DNA from: Azolla caroliniana
Taxonomy: Eukaryota > Plantae > Polypodiophyta
Length of the DNA: 64,000 nt
Reading direction: 5' to 3'
NCBI GenBank assembly: GCA_043228905.1
Contig: JBHGNT010000016.1
Coordinates: forward strand, 4,650,001 to 4,714,000
The notes beneath the pieces were generated by a model. That model was not told where the DNA came from. It was given only the letters and a program-made list of their open reading frames with translations, and ran no database searches. This document shows, piece by piece, positions 22,319 through 34,200 of this stretch (the stretch's first letter is position 1; each line of letters begins with the position of its first letter). Made by a program: the position numbers and the translations under genes.

Positions 22319-22775
22319 TGTTACCCGAACCCGGACAGTCAGTTTTACCGAACAAGTGGGAAAGCGTCGAAAACGGAGTCGGTTCGGATCGACTGTTCGG
22401 ATCAATGACTCAGCAGTAAACGAAGAGAACTAAGTTAGTTAGATAATTTTGTAATTCTTGATAGTAAGTAGGAATAGTTCTTGATGAGAAAAGACCTTCG
22501 GTATACCTATAAAAGGGAACCGAAGGCATTGTAAGAAAGGTCGTTTTATTTAGTAATATAAGTTTAAGTTAGGAATATCCTGTACGGATTCTGTGTTCTT
22601 TCTATTGTCTATGTTGTTAAGTGCAAGCTTCCTAATTTATAACTAAGTAACGATCACGGTAATTACCGATTAATATAGTATAATTCCGTTCGTAAAACAC
22701 AATTCCTTGTTAGAACGTTGAGTAGCGACGTTCACTCTTCTGTATCGGTAGTAGTTAGTAATTAGCCGATTAACA
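22319..22775 (+). repeat. 3' LTR of gypsy D
   Basis: Repeat of 13397-13853, followed by TSD CCACT. Confidence 0.97.
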
Positions 22776-22780
22776 CCACT

Positions 22781-25700
22781 CCCCGTTGTACTTGCTCTCG
22801 TCGAAATCGTTAAGCGCCGGAGTGCTCCCTCCCTTAGTTGTTACGTAAGCCGTCTCGAGGAAGTCTACGCCGACTTCCTCGTCCTCCGAAACCATGTCAC
22901 CCTCGTCGTTGAATCGCGCCCTCGAAAGCATGTCGGCCATGGCATTGTCTTTCCCGGAATTGTGTCGTATTTCCGGATCCAGGGACTTCATGTACGCTAT
23001 CCTCCTGAGCATCGCCAGGTCCGGGTTTGCGCATCCGGAAACCATGCCGAGAATCGGCAGGCAGTCCGTCTCGATAATCACTTCTATCCCGATCAGATAG
23101 TCTTTATCGGCCTTCATCGCCGAAACGATACCCCAGAGTTCGCGTTTAACCTGGGCGTATCCTCGTTGTCACTCGCTGAGGACCTTTGCGCCGAACCGGA
23201 TTGGGAACCGAATGTCGTCCTCATCTTCTTGGTTGACAACCCATCCGATCCCGGTCGGACTCGTATCTACCGTTATGTATTTGGGAGTGCCTTTCTCGTA
23301 GACAGCCTTCCGGAGTGCCGGTGCTGCAGAAAGAGCCTCCTTCATCTTTCGGACCGACTCCGCATGCTCGTCTTGCCACTCGAATTTTCGCCCCTTTTTT
23401 AGCAACCCATATAGTGGCTCGGCAATGTGGGTGTAATGCGGGATCCATATGTGGTAGAACGCGCATGCTCCCAAAAACCTCCGTACCTCCGTGACTGAGT
23501 TACAATCGGACTTCATTGAGGAGATGGCTTCCACCTTAGCCGGAGACGGTTTCCGACCATACGGCCCGCATAGATGTCCGACGACCATGATCTCTGATTG
23601 CCCGAAGGCCGATTTCTCCCCAGAGAAGGTGAGCCTCGCATCCTCTAGCCTCTGCAGCACCCTCTCGCGGTCGTCAATGTGTGTCGCCACGAATTTCTGG
23701 CATCCGTCCGGTCCAACCGTTTCGTCCTTTTCCTCCACCGGACATCCCTTGATCGGGATGTCATCCAAGAATGGCATGGTGATGTCCGGGATACAATCCC
23801 TCAGGACCTTGTTCATTGCATTCACCATGTGGGCCACCGAGTTCGTTCCTGCTTGTGGCAGGGTGCACATCCGCACTAGGCCGAGAGGAGTCTGCACCGT
23901 CGTAATGTCTCTGCTCTCTACGGCTAGTTGGAACTGATCGTACCTCGAGTACAAATCACCGACCAAGTAGATCGACCTTCCGGCGAAGGCCTCCGCGAAC
24001 TCGTCTATCGTTGGTCCGATTCCTGCGTTCCGAATGGTCACTCTGTTGACAGGTTGCAGGTCTTGAATGAAGCGCAACGTCCCGTTCTTCTTCGGTACGG
24101 TAAACCATCGGTTCGAGTACGGGGCACTCGACGGTTCGAGGATGCCCATATCGACTTTCTGCCTCAATAGCTCCATCAACTCCGGGATGTGAGCTCTCGG
24201 TACCGGAATCGGTTTGAGATTCCACGGCACATGCGGTACCGTGAATATCACCATCGGCTTTACGACTGTCGGGTCTACGCACCCGATTTCTTCTGGTGAG
24301 AATGCGAAGGCTTTCCCGTGCCTTCGGAGCATTCTCCGAAACCGGTCTTCTTTCGCCGGCGGTAGGAACCCGCCCCCACCGATTTTGAGCTCCCGTAGCG
24401 TTCTGTCAGTGAAGGTGTGTCCTATGCAGGCCGGATCTCGTAAACTGGGGTCCGACGCGACCCCCTTGATTCGCAACTCGCTGCCCTCCGGTAAGGGTGC
24501 CGCGACTGGCCTTACCTTCCGGTCCACAGTCTTGTACTTCGTGTTAACCCGGGCCGTCCATTCCGACTCGAGCCCTCGACCGAAGTCCACGATGACTTCG
24601 TACATTTCTTCTGAACAAACCGGTATCGTCCGGTCCTCTTTAAGGCCCTCTCCGACCACCTCTCGCAGTATTCCCAAGGTATCGTCAAAGGAGACCGCCT
24701 CCATGGCTCCATTGATTTCCTCGCTGGGCCCGAGAACTTTGCACGCCCAAAGTCGCTCTTCCGCCCTTGTCTTTTCTCGGCCTAAAACGCCGACTATCGT
24801 ACACCCTCCGTTGTTGGAGAAACAAAACTTCCTACTTATGGTACAAGGTTTCTTTGGCTTCCCTTCTATCATACGTTTGTGGGGTTTTCCCGGAGTGTCA
24901 GGACTGTCGTGGCCCCACGCCTTTGCAGCCCTCTCTGAAAATCCTCTTGGTTCTCGCCACCGAGGGACTCGCGGTTTCGCTCGTGGTTCGGTCGCACCGT
25001 CAGGAACTGGACCGAATGTCGCCCGTCCTGACTCTTGACCCTCGCGTAAGCCGACCCGTTATCCAGCACCTTGGTCTCCATTCGTGTTGCCGTAATGTAC
25101 GGTTCCCCTAGTATGACCGGGTGCGAGGACGTCTCTTGCACAAAGAAGTGCTGGTCTATCTCGACGTCGCCGATCTTCACTCGCACGTTTGGGCAGGCCC
25201 CGTGTAGTTCCTCGGTGGCGCGCGTCGCCGCCCGTATCTTCCACCCATGCTTAGTGTTGATCGTCCATTTCCCCTTCTTGTAGAAATCCATGGACATCAG
25301 GTTTATTTCCGAACCGTGGTCCACCAGTGCCACCACCGGTTCCTGAACATCTCCGATCTTCACTGGGGTTTCCGTGGTCGCTCGGGCCCAGTGTGGCCTC
25401 GAATAGTGGCTCTCCGCCCACTCGTCTTCCAGCGCCATGTCCTCTATGTGCGCCATCCGCACCTCCACCGGTCTTTCCGGTTCTGCCTCCGTCGACAACC
25501 TCTTCCTCTTCACCAAGTCCACGATGGAGTCGTGGAACTCCTTCTTGGCGATTCCGAGCACCTCCCGCAACGACAGTTCCACTTTGCTGTCAAGGATTCG
25601 TTCTTCCAAGACCTTCCGTAGGTCCGTGGTCCTTTCGATCTCCGTGCCCAAATGGTACCCACCCTTCTTGTGGTTATCCCGGGCACTGGACTCACCGGCC

Positions 25701-27061
25701 TCGTTTCGTTTCGGCCTGAATTGGGTTTCATATCTCTGTGAGGGTCTGGCCCCTCCGGTTTTACCTACCCGTTTGTCTTCAACCAGAGCCTCGTAGTTCT
25801 GGCAAGCTGCTTCGACGAAACCCGTCTTTTCTTCGACCGGGTCACTCCACTCGGTTACCTCTTGGACCCACTTCTCTGCATGGTCTGCCTCGTCTCTCTT
25901 TAGTCGGGCACCGGCGAGGCCTTCTAGCACCGTCAACCAGAACTGGGCTTTGCTCTCCTTCCTGGCCTCGCTGCCTCCGACCCGAATACCGTCTAACGCC
26001 GAGTAGCAGACGGTCTCCGCGTGCTGGGCCGCCGCCTCTTCCATCAGCCTTTTCATTCCTCCTCGCCCGTCGTTTCGATTCAGGGCCCTCCGGGTATCGT
26101 TGGCGTGCACCCGACCTTCCCACAGGTACACTACTCGGCTCCTCAAAGCCTCCATAAAGTCCCCGCACTCTTTCCGGACGTGGCCGACCTCGTCGCACCA
26201 CATGCACCTACTTCCTGCCAGAGGTCGTCGATCACGAGCTTGATCGCCACCTTCCCTCCGAGCCTGGGCGATCTGGAGATCCTTTACCGCTCACGTCAAC
26301 TCCTCCAGAGCCTTTCCCCCGGACGAGCCTCTGATCACGCCAGTCGAAGCCGAACCGGTCTCGAGCCACTCCCTGGTCTCTTCCCTTCACGCCTGCGGTA
26401 TCGGTTTGAGCTTCCTTGCTGCGACAGGTCCCTCCCCGGTCGCCTCTGTATCAGCCCACTCCCACCGCTTGTCAAAACGGCCGCAGACTCTTTTTACCGC
26501 GGCCCAGTCGGCCGTCAGCTCGTCTTCGGTTTCCAGTAAGGAGCCAACTTGCCCTCGATCCCGTGCGTCAACCGATTTGACAAACAGCAGGACACGACTT
26601 GTGTCCAGAATGGTCTGATCGAGCGCCGGAAGGCGCGCAAAGCGTTCCTCAAACTCCTGGAGGAGTACCGACACATTTCTTCCTTTGTTGGGGGACTCCA
26701 CCCACTCCATGAATCTCCGCTTCGAAAGTCGAAGCGCATCATCCAGCCCGTATTTCTCCAGGAGTCGTCCTTCGAACTCCTCCCAGGTCCGGCTCTCCGC
26801 CCGAACCTCGAGCACCTCCGCATGGATGCCCGGCATCGCCACTCGAGGGAATCCGGCAAGACGCCTCTCTTCCGGAATATCCCTTATCAACATCTCTGCC
26901 TGCTAGGACACCAAATAACTCGTGGCATCCTTTCCAGTGAACCGGCCGATCATACCGATGATCGCCTCAATAGCCCTGTCAAGGGCGCTGGTGCCCTCGC
27001 ACGCGCTCACTATCCGGTCCATAGCCGAAGCCATGGCCTCTGCAAGATCCGAACCCCTCAT
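22781..27061 (-). pseudogene. gypsy C gag, protease, RT and RNase H (stops/frameshifts)
   Basis: Gag pieces 26903-27088 and 26387-26893. Knuckle WCDEVGHVRKEC and protease LVDHGSEIN (24869-26203). RT SNRWFTVPKKNG..QDLQPVN and FLDDIPIKG, RNase H VDTSPTGIG (23169-24872). Confidence 0.93.
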
Positions 27062-27083
27062 CTTCTGCTCCTCTGCCGCCTGT

Positions 27084-27101
27084 TTCACGTCGGGTTCACC
27101 A
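27084..27101 (-). promoter_or_regulatory. PBS of gypsy C, tRNA-Trp
   Basis: Plus strand TTCACGTCGGGTTCACCA equals the 18-nt 3' end of plant cytosolic tRNA-Trp(CCA) as recalled. 4 nt from the LTR. Confidence 0.88.
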
Positions 27102-27105
27102 AATA

Positions 27106-27720
27106 TGTCGCGTTACTACGCGCGTGCGTGGAGAAACGAGGCGGGACCACCAGTGTCTTGGACCGAAGAGCAGGTGATATAAGGGGAATGAGAGAGAGAC
27201 ACCCTATCACGTATGGGTAAGAAACACAGGTGCACGGCCCCTCAACACAGAAGACGCGAATGGACACAGAGACAGGGAGACACAAGTGTTTGTATATTAA
27301 CGAGTATCAAATACACAACAGAGCACGCGAGCGGCTACAACCGAGCAGGCCGGCGAAAAGGGGGGAAAGGGTGGAGGTGTTGCCGGAAGCACACGGGCGT
27401 TCCTCGAAGCAGCGCGAGGCTCCCGAAAACCCTGTAGAGAAGAGTGATAGAGAACGAATCTGAGGAGAAGCGTCCGGTTCCGGTCCGACAACACTTCGTC
27501 CTCCTTAATGCCCGATACCTTCTCCCTGCGTCTCCCTCTCCTTTATAGCTTCAAGAAGGGAGCCGTCTCCCTCATTTACTCCCCACCTACCGAATCTAAC
27601 TACCCGGATATGCCTTTGTACTTAATCCCCTAGTATATACATTAAGGGCGCGCACACGTGAAGAGCCGGTTCACGCGCGCTATGCACCGATTGCGCCAAG
27701 GGACGGTTTTCTTCACGACA
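27106..27720 (-). repeat. 5' LTR of gypsy C
   Basis: TGTCG...CGACA, repeat of 11335-11981. Confidence 0.95.
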
Positions 27721-27724
27721 GTGT

Positions 27725-29447
27725 AACTCCTTCACTGACTTTCCTGACTCTCGCTGAACAAACTTATGCCATCTTTTGAAGATTTTAAAAGCTTCAGCCT
27801 TCTCCCGAAGGAAGTAAACCCACATCTTTCTATTGAAGTCGTCGACTAGCAGCATATAGTAGAGAGATCCACCCATTGCAGGAGTCACCATTTTTCAAGA
27901 GAGGTCGATGTGTATTAGATGTAGAGGAGTCTTTGTCTGATTTTAACTCTCTTTTGGAATAGCTGATCTTTGATGCTTGCCCATCATACAAGCATCACAA
28001 ACATGACTTAAGTCAAATAGGGTTGGCAACCCAACTACCATATTCAACTTCTTCATCTCCTTCAACACAGCAACATTGAGATGCCCAAATCTCTCATGCC
28101 ATTGCTTTGTGTTAGTACTTGTGTTGTGGTCAGTAGAAATGGTAAGTGTGTTGAGCTCATAGAGATTGTTGCGCCTTACCCCTATTTCTACAACCTTGCC
28201 AGCAAAATCTATTATTTCTACACCTGACTTCTTGAATCGAACATCAAGACCCTTGTCGGTCAGTGCAGAAATGGACAATAGATTCTTCTTGAGATCTAGC
28301 ACGTACAACACTTCAAAGAGATGCTTTGTCCCGCCAGTCCTTGCTTTGAGGGAGATGGTTCCGGTTCCTTGGGCTGGACATCGAGCACTGTTCCCGAACA
28401 CAACATTGATGGGCTCTTGTAGAGGTGTCCAAGAGCTATACAGTCACGATTACTGGTCATATGTCGGGACGCTCCACTATCGAGAATCCAAGAGTCGTCG
28501 ACAACGTGAGTGTCAACTGAAGAACACACTTCTTCATTTGCAAACCATAACTCAAGCTCATCTACGACGTTGTTGGCGGACTCGGTCTCTCTCCAAGAGG
28601 TCTTACTAGAACCATTCTTCTCGTCCGCCATCTTCTTCCGACAATCCTTGATTGTATGACCCTTCTTGTCACAATAGAAACACAATCCATTGAACTTCTT
28701 CTTTGGTATCCTATTCACATTGTTTGAATTGGATGCCCCTTTACCCTTAGTCCTAGAGACAAATGTTGAATCTTCCCTTCCTTCTCTTGTTTTCAGCCGA
28801 AGCTCCTCTTCAAGCAGCATCGCACTTAGTTCATCAAATTTTAAAGGAGTGGGTCGAACCTGAGTGTTCAATGCTATCACAATGCCATCATACTTGAAAG
28901 GAAGTACTCGAATGCACCGACGAGCCATATCCTCTTGAGAGACGACTACTCCAACAGCCGCCAGCTGATCTTGAAGATCCTTAATCCTTTTTACAAAGGA
29001 TTCTACTTTCTCTCCATCGGCGAGCTTCTCTACAGCAAGTTGATTTTCAAGGTTTTGTATCCTTGTATAGTTTTTGGTCTCATACTTGCTGGCCAATATG
29101 CTCCAAGGTTCATGTGCCTTGGTTGTATGTTGCACTAATGTTAGTACAGAGTCACATACACCAATGACTATGGTACACAACGCATCAGCATTCCTTCTAT
29201 TCCAGGCTCAAAGTAGATTAGCATTTGGAGGGATTGATGTGGTAGGGTGTGCAAGTTCAAAGGTCATCATGGGCTCAGGGTCTCCTCCTGTGGGTCCCTT
29301 GATTGTCTCCAACAACTCGTAGGAGTCCAAAATGGCAGACATTTTGAACTTCCATAGAGTGTAGTTGGTTCCATCTAGCTTTCCATCAGACATTGGAGGT
29401 GGGCGAATGCGTAGTGGAGTAGTTGCAACATTCATGGACAAGGCCAT
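27725..29447 (-). pseudogene. copia B gag, protease, GAG-pre-integrase and integrase start
   Basis: KLDGTNYTLWKFKM, CFYCDKKGHTIKDC, WILDSGASRHM, WHERFGHLN..CDACMMGK. Several frameshifts. Confidence 0.92.
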
Positions 29448-29449
29448 TG

Positions 29450-29484
<35 letters not shown>

Positions 29485-29554
29485 TTCTCTGTGCTGCCAG
29501 ACAACAACTGCCCATATATACCAAATCTAGATCAACCTCTCAACTCTGATACCA

Positions 29555-30193
29555 TGTTAGAAATATTGAGAATCGATTAGATAGGTATATAGAGTTACAA
29601 CTACAGAGATGGGATATATGAAAACAAAACTTCGATTACATATGAGAGTAGCTCACAATGGTAGTTTTCCCATGCACTCACACCTTAGAGCTTAGATAGG
29701 ATATGGACCAGCTCACTACAAAATTAGTGGGGACTGATAATCAAGCCAACCACTGTGAAATGAAAGTGGATTGCTTTCTATGTTTGGTCTAAGTATAACA
29801 TTAAATGTGCAAGTCAGTTGATAGTAGTGGAGATATTCCTTTTCTATCAACTGACTTGTCATTTAATATGACCAAATCCCTAGGTACAGGCTAGTGCTAG
29901 ATAGTACTTATCTTGAAGTCAATGACGCATACTTCAAGACTAAGTACATCGTAACTTGCCCACAAAATATTCTAGTTGACTTGATTAGCCAATCCTATTA
30001 CCTATTTCTCTCTTTCCTAAATACATTGTGTCCTACGCATCTACAGTTTCCTAGATTAACACCTTATCGACCCATATGGTCGAGTTGCACACTAGCCGCT
30101 CCTCATTTGGGGCGCTATCACAAAATGTGCACTCCAAGAGCACATATGGAGATAGATTTACAACTTGGGGCTGATCATTGATTATATCTAACA
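29555..30193 (-). repeat. 5' LTR of copia B
   Basis: Repeat of 8365-9003, adjacent iMet PBS. Confidence 0.97.
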
Positions 30194-31225
30194 CTCATCG
30201 TACCATTGGCGTTTCTTTTGCGTGGCCTCGCGCAATGCTTCAATTATACCCTTGGCTTTGCTGACTAATTCCGTATGTTTGCTGAGCACTTCAATTGTTT
30301 GTTTGGGTTGAGAGACAAGCTCAACATTGGGTGCATAAACGGGTACGTAACCCAGTGCGTAGACTGGGTGGATAAAACCGTACGCAAAATATGGTCATGG
30401 CGGTGTTTAAACCGAGTGGCCATTAGAGTGTTATTCCTCGTAAGGAATAATTTTGGGAGTAATTGTAGGATGCTCATTTATGAGCGATCAAGTACTATAA
30501 GTACTTGTGTCAGCCCAATAGTCAGGGCCTGTATAAAAGGTGCTCACTGAGCACGAAGTATGTACAGAGAGAACATACAAACAATTATTTTGAATATAGT
30601 TTTGTAGTTTCTGGTCTCTCTCTCTCTCTGTCTCTCCCTCTCTTTCTCTGTGGTTTCTGTGTTCTACCGAACTGTGTACTCTATTTTCTTACGCATACGC
30701 TTCCGCACACGTATTCTTTTACATGGTATCAGAGCGCGAGGGTTGAGACTCCTCTGTAGCCGACAGAAAAGCTTGTGATAAGGTAGAGTTAAGTTGTTGT
30801 TTTCGGAAATGATAAGACAACAATATGGATAGAGGAATGGTAAGCTTGCTACCGACTAAGAAGCTCGATAGTAGTAACTACGCATCTTGGTCGTACAAGA
30901 TGCACCAATACCTGCTTGGTCATTGCTACTGGAGTAACTATGTCGATGGAGCTAATGATGGAACATCCGAATCGACACACAAAGATTTTTCGGCTTGGGA
31001 ACAAGCGGCAAGCAAAGTTCTTTACTGCTTCACGTCTTGTGTGAGTGACCAGCTCTTTAGCTACATTCGGGATGCTAAGACGCCAAAGGACGTGTGGGCA
31101 AATCTCAAGAGGATATTCGCTGCTAGCACAATGGCCATGAAGCTGCAGCTCAGGCAAGAGCTCAGCAATGTCCGACAAAGAGATTTGTCTGTGGCCGATT
31201 ATACGGCCCAAATCAAGGAGATCTA

Positions 31226-34200
31226 TGCTAGGATTTCGGTCCCTACGGATGGGATGATGAAGGCCCGGTGAGAACCGGATGATGAAGACCCGGCAAGGAA
31301 GACCCTGTGAGAACCGGATGATGCAGGCCCAGTGAGAACCTCTCACCGGATGAAGGGACATATATGGAAATATAAGGGACATATATGGAAATATGTTTCT
31401 GAGAGTCCATTGGGGCTATATTTGTAAATAGCCCGAAAGTCATATCAGTATAAATATGACCTAGGGCAAACATGTGTTATATGGTGTTGGTCATTCCTTG
31501 TGTTATTGATGTAATGGTTGTACAAAGATAGAGAGAGAGTGTGTGTGAGAGTAGCTATGAGCACTCTCTGTTGTAACCGCCACCAGGCCAAGAGTGTGAG
31601 CACGAGGTCGTTGCCTTTGTGCCCCCTATTGTATTTTTTGACATAGTGATAGTTTGGAGTCTGTGGACTCCCATGGTTTTTCCCTCTTAGGGTTTTCCAC
31701 GTTAACATCTTATGTACTTTCCCTTTTTTTGTGTATACGTGTATCTATCTCTACATTGCCATTTCTGTGATTGTAATTCTCAACGAAGAGATTTAAGACT
31801 CGGTTGTGTCCGAGCATTATTCCGCATATTCTTTTCAATCTGGTATTAGAGCAAAACGATAGAGAAAATGGAAGATTTGTTGGGAGGCATGTTCAAGCTC
31901 ACCGGCTCCAACTACTCAGTGTGGAAGTCGAAGATGAGGGACATGCTCGTGTCAAAGATCTTTGGTTGTCAGTTCAGTTCGAGGACAAGAGACCAGACAA
32001 GATTGATGCCACGATATGGGAGGTGATGCACATGAAGACAACAGCATACATCCGGTGCTTCATCGACATGAGCCTGTACAACAACTTCAATGAAGAGAGC
32101 AATGGCTCATGAGATCAGGGAGAAGATTGGCATTATGTTTCAGAACAAAAATGTCGTTAATCGAGTTTCAGTATTTCGGAAGCTAGTGAGGCTCTGGTAC
32201 CAAGATGGCACCAGTATGGCGGAACACATGAATGCCTTCCAGGGGCTGATAAACCAGGCCATATTGTTGGAAGTACCTCTCGCCGATGAGGTACTTGCTC
32301 TACTCCTGCTCGGTTCCCTCCCGGATAGCAAGGAGACGTTAGTTGTCACTTTGGGCAACGCCGGGCCAGAAGGAAAACAGTTATCCCTAGCAAGGGTCAA
32401 GTCGAGCTTGCTAGATGAGGATGTGCATCGGAAAGACAAGGATACAAGCTCCACCTTACCGAATCAGAACGTGGAAGACAAAGAAACCAGAGTCCCCAGA
32501 ACCGGAAAAAGTCGGGGACACGGTCAAAGTAAAGGGGAAGGCGCACTTGCTTCTACTATGGGAAGCCGGGGAACTTCCAGAAGAACTGTCGGCATTTTCG
32601 GAAAGACAAGGAAACTGACAACATCGATTCGAAGTGGTCAATGGACCGGAACGGTAAATACCGAAGGGGACCGGACCAGAAGGGAATGATGGAAATCGTG
32701 GCAAGTGAAGAAGACTTGATGCTCATCACCGAGGAGAGTGAGTTGAACCTTCCCGGCGACGAGACAACGTGGGTTGTCGATTCTAGAGCGTTGTTCCACC
32801 TTACCCCGAATTGGAAATGCTTCTCATCCTACACAGCTAGTGAGCACGGTTGTGTCTTGATGGGGAATGAAGGGACATGCAGAATTATCGGCATAGGAAA
32901 TGTGCTATTGATGACATCTACCAGATGCAAATTGCTGTTGAAGGATGTCCGACACGTTCCGGAGGTTCGACTGAACATGATATCAACCGGTCAACTAGAT
33001 GATGAAGGCTACTCGGGTAGCATCCGGAATGGTGTTATGAAGTTTAGCAAAGGGATCCTAATAGTGGCTCAGGCTCGAAAAGTCAACACACTGTACCTGA
33101 TGAATGCCTGGTTATGCCCGAAAGAAGTGAATATGGCATTCGACACAACCGGTGAGCTGTGGCACAAGAGACTCTGTCACATGAGTGAGAAGGGGATGAA
33201 GAGGCTTGCCGAAGACAACCTCATTCCAGTGAAGGGCATGCCTCTTGAGAGGTGCACTGACTGCCTGGCCGATAAGAAAAACTGGACCTCCTTCCGATCA
33301 AGGCCACCGATGAGACGTAATGCACCACTAGAGCTCGTGCATACCGATGTGTGTCAAGTAGACACGAAGTCACATGCCGGATCGCAGTACTTCGTGACGT
33401 TCATAGACGACCACAGCCGAAAGCTGTGGACCACACCGTTGAAGACGAAGGATCAGGTGTCATCCGTCTTCAAGGAGCTCCACGTGAGAGTGGAAAGAGA
33501 AACCGGCCGGAAGCTGAAGGAGGTTCGAGCGGATAACGGAGGAGAATACCGAGGGCAGTTCGAGGAGTATTGCCGTTCGAAGGGAATCCGGCTCGAATTT
33601 ACCGTGCCGAAGATGCCGGAACTAAACTAGCTAGCCGAGAGGATGAACCGGACCATAATGGCGAGGGTCCGGAGTATGCTAGCACATGCTAAAGTTGGAT
33701 CCAAAGTCCCGGCCTTGCATATTCCTCGGATACGGCGATGATGAGTTCGGCTACCGAGTGTGAGATCCGGTCGACAAGAAGGTTTTCCGGAGTCCAGATA
33801 TTATCTTCATGGAGAACAAGACCCTTGCCGATTGGGAGTCAGAGAAGAAGATAATGAACTTTGAGTCGACCGAAAAGGACCGATTCAATGAGATACTGAC
33901 CTATACGGCTACGAGCCGGTTGACACTCGAAGAACCAACCGGTTACGGAGAGGACACCGATCCGGCAGAAGAAGAAGAGGAAGCAGGAATCGGAACCGGC
34001 CAAGATCCCGAATTGGATTCGGATGAAGAACAAATAGAGGAGCCAGTTGCCGGAAACCAAAGACGTAGATATCCTCTCAGAGAGAGAGAAGGCCCCCCTA
34101 GAGATTTCCGGATGCAGAGCGCGTGTTGCTGACCGATGAGGGGGAGCTAGAAAGCTTCAAAGAAGCAAAGGAGGACACCCACAACCGCAAGTGGTTTAGT

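Larger units (their letters stand above)
13397..22775 (+). mobile_element. Ty3/gypsy non-chromovirus (Athila/Tat-like RT) element D, nearly intact, with extra 3' ORF and no PPT
   Basis: 457-bp LTRs 13397-13853 and 22319-22775 (4 substitutions counted). TSD CCACT. TATAAAA at 13586. Encodes gag, pol and extra ORFs. Confidence 0.97.
11335..27720 (-). mobile_element. Ty3/gypsy LTR retrotransposon C (tRNA-Trp PBS, 4-bp TSD), degenerate, interrupted by gypsy D
   Basis: LTRs 11335-11981 and 27106-27720 (14 substitutions + 32-bp indel). TSD GTGT. PPT AGGTGGGGGCGGA 11994-11982. Domain order gag-PR-RT-RH-INT. Confidence 0.96.
8365..30193 (-). mobile_element. Ty1/copia LTR retrotransposon B, full length, interrupted by gypsy C
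   Basis: 639-bp LTRs 8365-9003 and 29555-30193 (8 substitutions counted). TSD CTCAT (8360-8364, 30194-30198). PBS TGGTATCAGAGT 29554-29543. PPT 9004-9013. Confidence 0.97.
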
